A stretch of 64,000 bases of DNA from Chrysomallon squamiferum. Lineage: Eukaryota > Animalia > Mollusca. The stretch lies in NCBI GenBank assembly GCA_012295275.1, contig CM022666.1:3658001-3722000 (forward strand), given 5' to 3'. The notes beneath the pieces were generated by a model. That model did no database searches. It was not told the DNA's origin and saw only the letters and a program-made list of their open reading frames with translations. Below are positions 40,493 to 52,570 of the stretch, in pieces. The number at the start of each line of letters is the position of its first letter. Position 1 is the stretch's first letter. The translations under genes and the position numbers were made by a program.

Positions 40493-41091
40493 TTTTTATT
40501 TTATTTTTTTATCTCGCTATATCACGGCCTTGCGAGACGTATATTGCCTCCTGTTCGTTTTCCGCTTGGTCAGCCTCTGGCGGGAAAATCAATGACAGTG
40601 AAGAAGCGGCCCCAATCATAGACTATGCATTATTAACGCAGTGTCGTTTGGATATTTATGTAACTACATGCTGTCCTGCTGGGACGTTATTCAATAAAGT
40701 GCTGATCTAGACACAATATTAAATCGCACTTGATCGTCAAGACGTATTAGATTAGCGCCCATGTTAGGCAATTGGGCCGATATTTACGGTGCATAATTCC
40801 GCAGTGACTTCCATTCCGTCTTGAAATTGTATTTTTTCAAAATAATCAAGTGATAAAATAATAGTTTCCTGATGTTATTATTATTATTACTGACATCATT
40901 ATTATCATTCACTTGTTTTAATTGTAATTATTATTGTTGTTAGTTCTACTGCCTCTGAAGCTGCTATTATTATATTATTATATTTAATTGTTAATTTATT
41001 TCTGTCGATTTAGTAAGTTATTCAAAACCGATAATATTATAGTTAAAAAATTCATTTGAAATACCGTTTTAAAAAAAAAAAAAATTATAGT

Positions 41092-41164
41092 TGGAGATGC
41101 AAGGCATCGATCCCCGTACCTCTCACATGCTAAGCGAGTGCTATACCATATGAACTACATCCCC
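41092..41164 (-). pseudogene. Degenerate tRNA-Ala(AGC) copy (possible pseudogene)
   Basis: 73-nt copy with 4 substitutions versus its neighbour: C11T and G22T in the D-stem (creating a C:T mismatch), G26A, and C63T in the T-stem. Anticodon AGC intact. Confidence 0.7.
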
Positions 41165-41282
41165 CATTTTCTGAATAATGTTTTCGTGCTTGTTATTATT
41201 TTTTTCATTTTTTATTTTTTTTTCACACAGTACGTACATATACATTATTAAAAAAAAACACACACACAAAAAACATATATAT

Positions 41283-41355
41283 TGGAGATGCAGGGCATCG
41301 ATCCCCGTACCTCTCACATGCTAAGCGAGCGCTCTACCATATGAGCTACATCCCC
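41283..41355 (-). tRNA. tRNA-Ala(AGC), T15/T40 variant
   Basis: GGGGATGTAGCTCATATGGTAGAGCGCTCGCTTAGCATGTGAGAGGTACGGGGATCGATGCCCTGCATCTCCA. G3:U70 alanine identity pair, full cloverleaf, downstream T-run. Confidence 0.96.
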
Positions 41356-41792
41356 GTACATTTACTGTAGTTAACTGAAATGACTGTTCTGGTGCACCAA
41401 AATAATATTTATTGTGTTGCTAATTACATTTTTTTTTTTTAAAATAATTTTCATTATTCAAAAGATAAAGTATATATAATACTAACTTCATTCAAAAATG
41501 TATCTGTTTGTCTTATAGTTATCTTCTTCTTTTTATTAATTATAAAAAGTAAACTTTTTTTATATTTAATTATCATTTTTTTTTTTTTTTTTTTTGTACA
41601 GAATAATCTAGTGTTGAATTAAGTCTGTGATATAAATTATATTCCGATAATGGAAGCTGAGCCTATTCGCTATTGTGTGTGTGTTTAATATATTTCTATG
41701 ACATCCTGTTTCTCTCTTACACCTTCATCGTCCCTCTACATATATATACATGTATACACAAACACGTAATTTATGATTATTTATTTTATTTG

Positions 41793-41844
<52 letters not shown>

Positions 41845-42121
41845 TTTATCTCCAACTTTGTATCTATTTCCTTCAGACGAAAATACTTCAAGTAGACGGA
41901 AATACCTTCGAGTGTACGAAAGTGACATCATGCGTAGCAATTCAGAACAAAAGTCCATAAAATTTAACAAACTCTGCTTGTTATTTAACTGTTGTCTGTC
42001 TGTAATTGTCAAAAAACCACAAAAAACACTACGAATTAGTACAAATATAAAATGTTAACTAAATATCATTACTGAATATCGTAGAGAAATAATCGCTTTT
42101 ATCGCCATGTGCCGTTGGTTT

Positions 42122-42194
42122 GGGGATGTAGCTCATATGGTAGAGCGCTCGCTTAGCATGCGAGAGGTACGGGGATCGATGCCCTGCATCTCCA
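42122..42194 (+). tRNA. tRNA-Ala(AGC), T15/C40 variant
   Basis: Same sequence except C at 42161, giving a Watson-Crick G30-C40 pair. T-run at ~42205. Confidence 0.97.
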
Positions 42195-43098
42195 AAATAA
42201 TTTATTTTTATTTATTTTCAAATTAAATATATATAGATATATATATATATAATATAAGATAATAATAATAAATAAATAATATTTTATTTAATTATTTTTA
42301 TTATTATTATTATTATTAGCTTTTTTTTGTTTGTTTTGTTTTTTAATTTTCAGCCGTGTGGTGGGGAAATGTCATTGGACGTTAGTAATATTAAACATGT
42401 TTCCAAAACAAAACAAAAAAGCAATATAATAATAACAGTCACATTAATATAATGTATTAACTGCACTTTTGAGATAACCGATGTGATACGCTCTTGATAT
42501 TCTTCACATCCGGGAAAATTCAGTTTTATATTTTCCCAGTTTTCTCTCGTTCACTGTGTTGTGAAATGACGATAAATTTTCTTTTATCCTATTTCTGCAA
42601 GTCAAGATGTAAAATTGGTGCCCTTGCTTCTGGTGTCTAACAAGCTAAATACAGTTATCGTACGTTCATTACGGCAAATAGCGAAAATTAACGACCGTGT
42701 GTGTTTACGTTCGACCCAACAAGAAAAGTTAAGTTCAGACTGGTGCTCCGGGCGTCAGTGCTGGTTGTTGAGATTTACCAAAGAAGATTAACATTCGGGC
42801 AATGAGGACGTCTGATTTCCACTAAGCGATTTCAGCTTCCGGTTTTCGCGTCAAAAAGAAAAAAAGAACTGTTTTTTTTTTTTCTTCAGTGATCAGTGCG
42901 AAAATTATTTTAATTGTTATATTATTTATAAATTTACACACGCAGTCCAGTATTAAATAAAGATGATTAAACTGAAGAAAATAACAGTATCGGAAGAGTT
43001 TTATCGTTATTATTAACATTATGAATACCTCAATACGAGTTATATTTCACATTTGTGGCTGTTGTTGTATCAGTGAGGGAATATTAGCTGAAACGCTA

Positions 43099-43139
<41 letters not shown>

Positions 43140-44785
43140 GATCTTATAATATAACTTAAAATGAAAAAAAAAAAAAAAAAAAAAACATTTATTTCGACAG
43201 GCAATCCCAGTCTTTGAACCAGTCGCTGCCAACCCATGTCTGGCTTACCACGGGCTGTAAGTTCAATTCTGGTAGACGGTTTACGTTCTTATTATTTAAA
43301 TATATGTCTACGTCATAAAACTAGCTATGCTTCAAAATGCGTTACGTGATAGTTAAATAAACATTTCTTCCTGTAGAAACCCTGATGGCATAATTATTTC
43401 GCCGCTGAGGATGCTATCTAATCGTAACAAAGAATTCGACTGGTCATTTTTAAGCAATATAATTAACAGTCCTGATGAACTGTGACAGTAACAACAGTCT
43501 TTAGACTGCCTGAAGTGTGTCGAAATCGCGACAATTACCCGGCCACAAGATATAACGCTATAAAAGCAATTACCATGATTTTACGCTGAAACCTATTCTA
43601 ATGTCAAGAACTATTTCTATCAAAGAATGCACAATTTTTTTTTTTTTCTTTTTCTTTTTTTTTTTTTTTTTTTTTTTTTATGATGCACCAAACTGGCTTC
43701 ATCGTTTCCAATAACTCATTAATTAATCCTCTAAATTCAATTTCACGCCATAAAGTCTAGGATCAGTTCGAAAGGACCGAATATAAATGTACTTGTTCAT
43801 AATATTCTTGCAGGTTCGCTCGAAACGAGTAGATAAAAATAAGCACTGAAATCCACTTGAGGGGGTGGCAGGGATAGGTTCGGTTATAACGGGAACCGAC
43901 ACGTTTAGGGGATTAACGTGTCCAAGAAAGAACTCTGAAAAACCGAACGCCAAACTTTGTTTAATTAACGCCGAAATGCTAGCAAGATTGGCATTCACTT
44001 ACGCTGATCCAAATCAGACATTTATCTTACTTTGCAGACAGAAGCCATCGTTCTGAAATGGCCGGCGCTGAAGACAAAATCGAGCCGTTTTGATCCCTCG
44101 CTTAGACTGTTCTGATTGATCCCTGTTCAGAGAATTAGGTATTTGCGCTGCCATCGTTTGCATCGCTCGTGAGCACGTGCGGATTAAACTTCCTCCCACG
44201 ACGCACGTGTTTGTCAGGCAGACGTCATGATGTGCCATACGACAGCGAGATTAGAGTATTTAGTGATTTCCCATCGATGTGGTTTCCTTGAAAGAAAGGT
44301 GACCCGTTAATTTGAGCTAACTGAATTTACCCCGGACAAGAAGAATATCAAAAATGCTTTCACTGCTTTATCTCAAAAATGCCCCTGTGCTATATATAGT
44401 GTATGATACAGATGTGACTATTATTGTTATTATTATTTTTATTTTTTAGTAAATTGAATATATGCAGGTCATTATAATAATAATAATAACAATAATAAGA
44501 AAGATAAAAACATATTATTCACCTATTGCCCAATCTGAAGATGCCCCACTTTAGCATAAGAGAAAAGCTATGACACGATTTTCTCTCCATGTCAAGATGC
44601 ATATTTTAAAAAGTAAATCTTCTGTTGGCAAGAATAATACTTACAGAAAAGAAATCTCACCAGTTTACAATTCCCAGATCAAAACTGAAACGAAAAAGTG
44701 AACTATTTATCGAACATCCGTGAACTATTAATATATAAATATAATTTTATTTTCAATATCATTAAGAATTTCAAGTTAACTAGTA

Positions 44786-44821
<36 letters not shown>

Positions 44822-45003
44822 TTTATTAGGTTATTAAACCAGTGATGATGTTGTTCTAAAGCAAATCATTTCCTGTTACACCAGAGAATCCAAATCGCCA
44901 ATAAATGTAATTGCTACCTTTGAAATCACCATAATAATTCGCCCAAGATCGAATATTAATTATACTCTGTTACTAAGTTCATTTGGTATGAGAGTGAGTG
45001 AGT

Positions 45004-45010
45004 GAGAGAG

Positions 45011-45090
<80 letters not shown>

Positions 45091-45091
45091 G

Positions 45092-45152
<61 letters not shown>
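45004..45152. repeat. (GA)n microsatellite, interrupted, followed by CTA/CAA low complexity to ~45620
   Basis: Direct inspection. Confidence 0.95.
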
Positions 45153-45154
<2 letters not shown>

Positions 45155-45893
45155 ACCATGAAAATAAAAACGTTTGTTTAAATAATACTTGTTAAAGTGT
45201 ATTTAGTGTTTTCTGTGTGGGTTTTTTCATTATCAACGCTAAATTACAAAAACAACAACTAGTATTAACAGCACTACTACCACTAATACTTCTAATGTTG
45301 TTATTATTACAACTAATACTACTACTGTTGCTACTACTACAACTACTACTATTGTTGCAACAACTTACTACCACCACCACAATACCGCTACTGTTGTTAG
45401 AACCACTACTATAGTTGTTGCAACAACAACTACTACTACCATCACCAATATTACTATTATTACAGCTGCTACAACACTACTACTACATCCACTACTACTA
45501 CTACTACTGCTATTACTACTACTATTATTTATGCAACCACTGCTACAATTTTATTATCGTTAGTATTAGTACTATTGTTATTATCACTTCCAGTTATTAC
45601 TACTATTACTGCTGTAACTCTGCTATTGTGGCCACTTCTACATTTGACTACACAGCCATGTTATTCGGTTTCCTCATATTAGTTATATTTTAAGATGATA
45701 TATGATGACATAAAAGAGAAAATACCGTCATACCAAGACAATAATACCAAAAAGCAACAGAAACAAAAATTTGGGTTAATATAAAAAAAAACCAATTAAA
45801 AAAAAAAAAAAAAAAAAAAAATAGTGTTTAAATAATAATAATAATAATGTATAAATTTTAAAAGTATTAATATTAAATAAGAAAAAAAACATT

Positions 45894-45966
45894 TGGAGAT
45901 GCAGGGCATCGATCCCCGTACCTCTCACATGCTAAGCGAGCGCTCTACCATCTGAGCTACATCCCC
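45894..45966 (-). tRNA. tRNA-Ala(AGC), G15/T40 variant
   Basis: GGGGATGTAGCTCAGATGG...CATCTCCA; identical to the copy at 49040; downstream T-run. Confidence 0.97.
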
Positions 45967-46044
45967 TACATATTTATGGTTCAAGGACTGCTAGAGATAT
46001 TAACCGTTTCTATATAATTATCTATCTACACAAACACACATCTA

Positions 46045-46075
<31 letters not shown>

Positions 46076-47416
46076 AGTTAGATAGATATAGATGTGGGTG
46101 TGGGTGTGAGCGCGCGCGTATGCATGTACCTATGGACGAAGTTAATATTATACACAGTCATGGAAGCATCTTAATTGTTTTGTGTGCAATCACATGATTA
46201 ACTGGAGTTTTTCCCTCTAATGAAAGAAGCTTTTCCACAAACTAGTAAATTTTAATACGAACGCCCTTCGCATGCCCACACATCGAATAACACGTCTTTC
46301 CCTCCAATTCAAGCACATCAGAATAAATACTAAAATTGTTTCTTTATCCTAAAACTGCACTTTGACACATCCTGGATCGTGCATAATATCGAAATTGAAT
46401 CACCGGAAGTAAAATGAAAAGACGTGATTACTTCTTAATATTAAAAACGAAACGAAATTATCAGCTCTTGAATCCAGCATTTTAAAACTGCCTCTAGCTT
46501 AGAATTGCGGGTTTAAATTTGTCTTAAACGCGGAAATCAAAATTAATTTGAGTTTAATAATGGGCTTCAGTTCACAACAGATAATCTGTCAGAACTGATT
46601 TTTTTTTATTATTATTTCTTGATTTTTTTCTTGATTTTTTTTTTTTTTTTTCTTGAAATGTTTTAAAATGAAGTTAAATTCTTCTTTAAAATTTTATCTG
46701 AAACAAATATGGCGACCGTGTTAAATTTAAGATTCCACCCTGCTCATAAATTTGTTATTATTATTTAGTTAGTTAGTCAGTTAGTCAGTCAGTTAGTTAA
46801 TTAGTTAGTTCGTTAGTTCGTTCGTTAGTTCGTTAGTTAGTCAGTTAATTAGTTAGTGGTATTTCATTATCTTTTGCATTCATGTAGCAACTGTAACTAT
46901 ATCTACATATCTACATTTTATATAACGGTCTGATAACTTTAAAATCTAATTGATGATTTTAACTTTTGCATACTTATAATAATTATAACTATGTCCAACC
47001 ACATGTTGAAAAAACGGGACTGAAGCCAATACACTCATGGTTTTAAATTCTAAGGCAGATTTTCCCTAAACTGGTTTCTCGTGAGGTACATTTGGTTTCA
47101 GAGATATAAAAAAAAAGTCATTCATATTCGGAATTTCCAAATTCATGATTTAAAAATATCTAAAATATCTAAACTATCATCATGAGCGCAAACACATCCG
47201 CCAAATCTGATAAAAAAAAATACGCAAAAGAAAGATATAAATAGCATAAACAGTGTTAAAGACGTATATAGTGTTCTCTGCTCTAAGGTATTTAGTATTT
47301 CATTTACTTTGTGGAATAAAATTCCTGTCGATAAGAAACTGTTACGTATGTCAGACAGAAATAATAATTCTCATCGACAGCACAGTATATACACACATAT
47401 ATATATATACACATAC

Positions 47417-47451
<35 letters not shown>

Positions 47452-48049
47452 TAAACACACACAGTAATATGGCATATATGTATGTATGTATATCTGTATT
47501 AATATATGTATTTATATATGTGTGTATGTGTGTGTGTATGAATGTATGCATATTTCATTGCATGAAAAATAAGATTCACATATGCACACACATACATACA
47601 AACGTACAATTATAAATCTGACATTCTTTTTGTCTTTATTATTTTCTTGTATGTTTATGAGATTAAATAACGAATTTCTGTTTTGTTGTTGTTGCTTAAA
47701 ACAAAAAAAAAAAAAATGAAAAAAAGAAAAAGGATCAATCACTAGATTTATTCGTCTTCTTTTAACAAGCCTAACAACGTCCTAAAACAAAAAAATCTCA
47801 ACCAAAAAAAAAAAAAAAAAAATCCTGTTGTGCGACATCGTCTTTCGTTGCGTTGATGTATTGCCAATATCCGTACGCGTTCGTTATTACACGACTACTG
47901 TCATTTGCGTAGAATTCGTATCAGTTATTGGTTCACGTATAACACGGTTTCCATCATTAACGAGAATATATATGTCTAGGTCACTGGAGTCTTTAATAAG
48001 AAACATCCTTTGCTTTTTCAGACCTCTATAAATTGAACAATTAAAGACG

Positions 48050-48460
48050 TTGTCACTATGGAGGTAATAAGTACGTATGAAGTAATCTTTTTTGACACAT
48101 CGTTACCATGGAAATACGTAGGTATGGCATCAGTATTGAACAAACACACTGTTACGATGGAACTAAGTACGTATGGCGTCATTATCGGACGCACTGTTAC
48201 CATGGAGGTAAGTACGCACTGTTTAATCATTGGACGCATTGTTACCATGGCAGTAAGTACGTATGACGTCATCACTGGTCACACTGTTGTCATAGAAGTA
48301 ACGATCTACAGCGTCGTCACTGTTACCATAGAAATAAATACGTATGAAGTCATCATTGGATGCACTATTACTATGGAAATAAGTACACATGACGTCATCA
48401 CTGAACATACTGTTACGATGGAACAAAGTACGTATGACATCATCACTGGACACACTGTAA
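48050..48460. repeat. 45-bp minisatellite, about 9 copies
   Basis: Consensus approx. CACTGTTACCATGGAAGTAAGTACGTATGACGTCATCACTGGACA. Confidence 0.9.
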
Positions 48461-48607
48461 AACAAAGTAAGAATGGTATGACGACAAACGTAACATTTCT
48501 GACCAGTGTTTTGTTTGGCCTAATCTTTGTAAACTCTTTGTTTCATAAACTGCTTAGGGCTGTAGATTTACTCCATTTGATTTTGGAATATATATATATA
48601 TATGATA

Positions 48608-48608
48608 C

Positions 48609-48688
<80 letters not shown>
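48608..48688. repeat. (GATA)n microsatellite
   Basis: About 20 TAGA units. Confidence 0.95.
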
Positions 48689-48860
48689 GTAGGTAGGTAT
48701 ATCGATAGATAGGTATGTCGATGGATCGATCTCTGAGCGTGTATGTGTCTATATGTGTGTCTGTGTATTTAGTTTGTATGTATATCTGTATGTGTTTATA
48801 TGTGTGTTTGTGTGTTTGTATGTATGTATATATATATATGTGTGTATGTATGTATGTATG

Positions 48861-48894
<34 letters not shown>

Positions 48895-49039
48895 GATGAG
48901 AGAATCCTGTTTCTTACTATACATGGACGGATATGAGCAAATGTAATTATAGTTAGAAAAATGGGCAAACAGACCGAGGCAGAGAGAAACACGAGTTAAC
49001 TTCAAGCATAACTGCCCTGTCTTATACAATAGAAGTCAA

Positions 49040-49112
49040 GGGGATGTAGCTCAGATGGTAGAGCGCTCGCTTAGCATGTGAGAGGTACGGGGATCGATGC
49101 CCTGCATCTCCA
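49040..49112 (+). tRNA. tRNA-Ala(AGC), G15/T40 variant
   Basis: Full cloverleaf, anticodon AGC, G3:U70, long T-run 5 nt downstream. Confidence 0.97.
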
Positions 49113-49234
49113 ATAAATTTTTTTTATTATTATTACTTAAATAATATTGTATTACTAAATTTATATTATTTTTTTAATTTTATTTTGTACTCTCTCTCTT
49201 GTTATTTATTTATATGTTTTGGTATTCAATTATC

Positions 49235-49235
<1 letters not shown>

Positions 49236-49273
<38 letters not shown>

Positions 49274-49644
49274 TAATAACAGTAATAACTCTAGTAGGAG
49301 GAGCAGCAAGAGTAGTAGTTGTAGTAGTAGTAGTAGTAGTAGTAGAAGTAGTAGTAGGAGTCGTATAATAATAGCAATAGTAGGAATAGGAGCAGTAACA
49401 GCAGCAACAACAAGCAGTAGTAGCAGTAGTAGTAGCAGTAGTAGTGGTTGTAGTGATAGTAGTAGTAGCATTAGTAGTTGTTGTAGTAGTAGTAGTAGTG
49501 GTTGTGGTGATAGCAGTAGTAGTGGTTGTGGTGATAGTAGTAGCATTAGTAGTAGTAGTAGTGGTGGTGGTGGTGGTAGTGGTGGTGGTGTTAGTAGTAG
49601 TAGTAGTAGCATGGTAGTAGTAGTAGTAGTAGTAGTAGTAGTAC

Positions 49645-49679
<35 letters not shown>

Positions 49680-49760
49680 ATAATGATAGTAGTAGTACCA
49701 ATAGTAATGGTACTAGTAGTAGCAGTAGTAGTAGCAGCAGTCGTAGTTGTAGTAATTAAA
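49236..49760. repeat. (TAA)n/(TAG)n/(TGG)n trinucleotide low-complexity tract
   Basis: Direct inspection; source of the poly-L/V/Y ORFs in the track. Confidence 0.9.
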
Positions 49761-49859
49761 ACGATAATATCAGTAACAGGAAATCGTCATGTTCTTTTGA
49801 TGTCGTCAACAGCCATTGAACAAGTTATTCAAAACGAGACACGACTGTCTTTGAACTAG

Positions 49860-50340
49860 CTCTCTCCCTTTTTCCCCTCTCTTTTCTCTCAAGAGGAGCA
49901 GAAGTGGCAGACGATGTTCAATACCTTCTGCCAGTGTTTCCCGCGAACGTCTCAGTTCTGGTTATTGATTGGTTGGGCAACATACACATCACTTTGATCA
50001 TTACAGTGATCCGTCGTTCGGTTTCCCGCCTAATTGAGTCGTTTGGGTGTACATTTCTGTCACACCGCTAGCTCTACGTCAACAGTTCCACTTTAATGAA
50101 ACCGCACCGGCCACGCCGTTAATCAACGTCACAGCAGCCGAAGACGATTGGGAACGTAGAAGTTTTTCGATAACAATTGGCAAGAGGCAGCCACACTTCG
50201 CCCCGAGTATCTGATACCCGAAGACGATCGTCCAATTAAACAATCGAAAACCTTTGAGGATAAAAATAGCTGGCTGTTACAGGTGCAATTTAAGTAAAAG
50301 GCTTGAAGCAAGTATTATTTATTTTGTCTTGTTTTGGGGG

Positions 50341-50374
<34 letters not shown>

Positions 50375-50693
50375 CTATTGTTTTCGAGAAGACTCGTGAA
50401 CAATGGAAGCATCTGAATCACTCAACAGTCGTAGAAGAAGCAGACGATCTGAAAAAGCAACCTGACTGTCAACAGCAAGTGGATTTACTCTCAGCTGTTC
50501 GGGGAACTTGAAGCAGACGAAACAGTTCCCAGTTTTTACGTACACAGTTTAGTTCTTGAGACTGCCATCTTGCAATTTGCATTGTGGTAGTTGCTTTTGA
50601 TTTTTCTTCACGTCCCAGGAATCAGATGAAGCTGTCGTTGTTTTCGTTTTCTTCGTGTGTTGCTTTGGAACTTTAAACACATCACCCTGAGAG
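49860..50693 (+). promoter_or_regulatory. Candidate Pol II promoter and non-coding first exon of an unidentified gene
   Basis: CpG-rich island with several ATTGG/CCAAT boxes, E2F-type TTTCCCGCC (50022-50030) and YY1-like GCCATCTTG (~50564). It ends in a consensus donor GAG|GTAAGA at 50693/50694 followed by T/GT-rich intron-like sequence. Confidence 0.45.
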
Positions 50694-51479
50694 GTAAGAA
50701 CGATTTTATTTTAGTCTTTTGTATTTTTGTATTTTTGTATTTTTTCCTTCAGCTATGAGACTTCTTTGTTTTCAGTTTCTTACGTTTTTCTTATTATCTT
50801 TGTGTGTGTGTGTGTGTTGGATGGTGGTGTCTGTGCGTTTTGTGTGCGTGGTGTTTTGTGTGCGTGTGTGTGTATATGTGTGTGTTTGTATGTGTGTATA
50901 ATTGTGTGTTTGGAAATGCTTCTCCATAAAAAATACTGTTTTCCTTCCGAGACTGTTTTATTTGTGTTTCTTTTGAGCGTTTTTTTTTTTTTTTTTTTTT
51001 TTTTTTTTCTTTTCCTTCCCCAAAATGTTTACCTGTTCTTACATTTATACCCTAGTTTTCAGTACATATCTACGTGTGTGTGTCCGCGGGTGTTTGCGTA
51101 TGTGTACTTGATCTGCGAGTGCATGGGTCATTCAGTATAAATATTGAGTGTGTACACACACTTGCATGATTTTTGTATGTAAGTTTCTCACGTAACAATT
51201 AAGGATCGTTCTCATTTCCTGGTGTTTTTTTTTTTTTATATATATATGCTTATTGTATATCGAAATATTTAAATATTTATTCTGATTTGTGTTTCGTGTA
51301 CATTTCCTTCACCTGGTCGATTGTTTTCAAGGACAGGAAATATATATATCTCATCAGACATTACAGAACTGTTATTATTATTATTTATTTTATTTTTATT
51401 ATTTATTTATTTATTTTTATTTTTTATTCATTTATTTATTTATTATTATTATTTTTATTTATTTTTTTTTTTATTTATT

Positions 51480-51563
<84 letters not shown>

Positions 51564-51777
51564 ATATTTATTTACAAAATATTGAAAAAATCGACTTTTT
51601 TTCCTATTTTTTTTCTCCATTAATTATTGTAAAAATTTTAAATTATGGATTTGTTTTCGAAGATTTTTTCATTATGTCATTATTATATATATAATTTTTT
51701 TTTTTTTTCCTTTCGAAGGCTATACTGTTACTGTATGTAAATACCATCAATTAATATGAATGACTATGTCTGTCTCT

Positions 51778-51889
<112 letters not shown>

Positions 51890-52139
51890 AGCTGCAACCA
51901 TAAATATTTCTTATTTATTTTATTTTTATTATTTATTATAACTATTTTAAAAGATATACAGTATATTGTTTTCTTTTTAAAAAATCTTACGACAAAGAAA
52001 CACTGGTGCTGATATTTTCACTTGATAAAAGAGAATTAGTCAATTGCTTTTGGCGCCAAAACAGCACGCTCTATTACGCGCCTAAACCAGTAACAGAATT
52101 AGAATAATCGAGAAGCTTTACCGCTGTAATTCTCCTAAT

Positions 52140-52570
52140 GCGCAATCTCACGAAATGTAATACCAGCTTTCACGAAATTCGCTACGTAATTTCATAAACT
52201 CGACCAGTACGTAATTCCCGAAATACCGCATATAATTTCATGACATACAGTCTATATATTCACAATGACATAGAGTACGTAATTTCATGAAATACAGAAT
52301 GAAATATCATTAAATTAGTGCAGCTCTTAATATTACGAACGTAATGTGTAATTTCCTGAACTATAATGTGTGTGTGTTCATGAAATATGTGTTCGTGATG
52401 AGCGATATGTAAGTTCATAACTTCAGTCTGTAATTTAATAAAAGTAAACAACGTAATTTCATGAACTACAACACGTAATTTTTCGTAACTTCGTGAACTA
52501 CAACACGTAATTTCGTGAACTACAACACGTAAATTCAAATATTAAAACGTAATATAAACGTAATTTAAAA
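52140..52570. repeat. Degenerate ~22-bp minisatellite (ACGTAATTTCRTGAA core)
   Basis: Best units are TTCGTGAACTACAACACGTAAT at ~52490-52531, with more diverged copies upstream. Confidence 0.8.

Noticed and set aside
42780-42800. AGAAGATTAACAT resembling part of U6 snRNA
   Set aside because: Short partial match with no ACAGAGA box or other U6 sequence.
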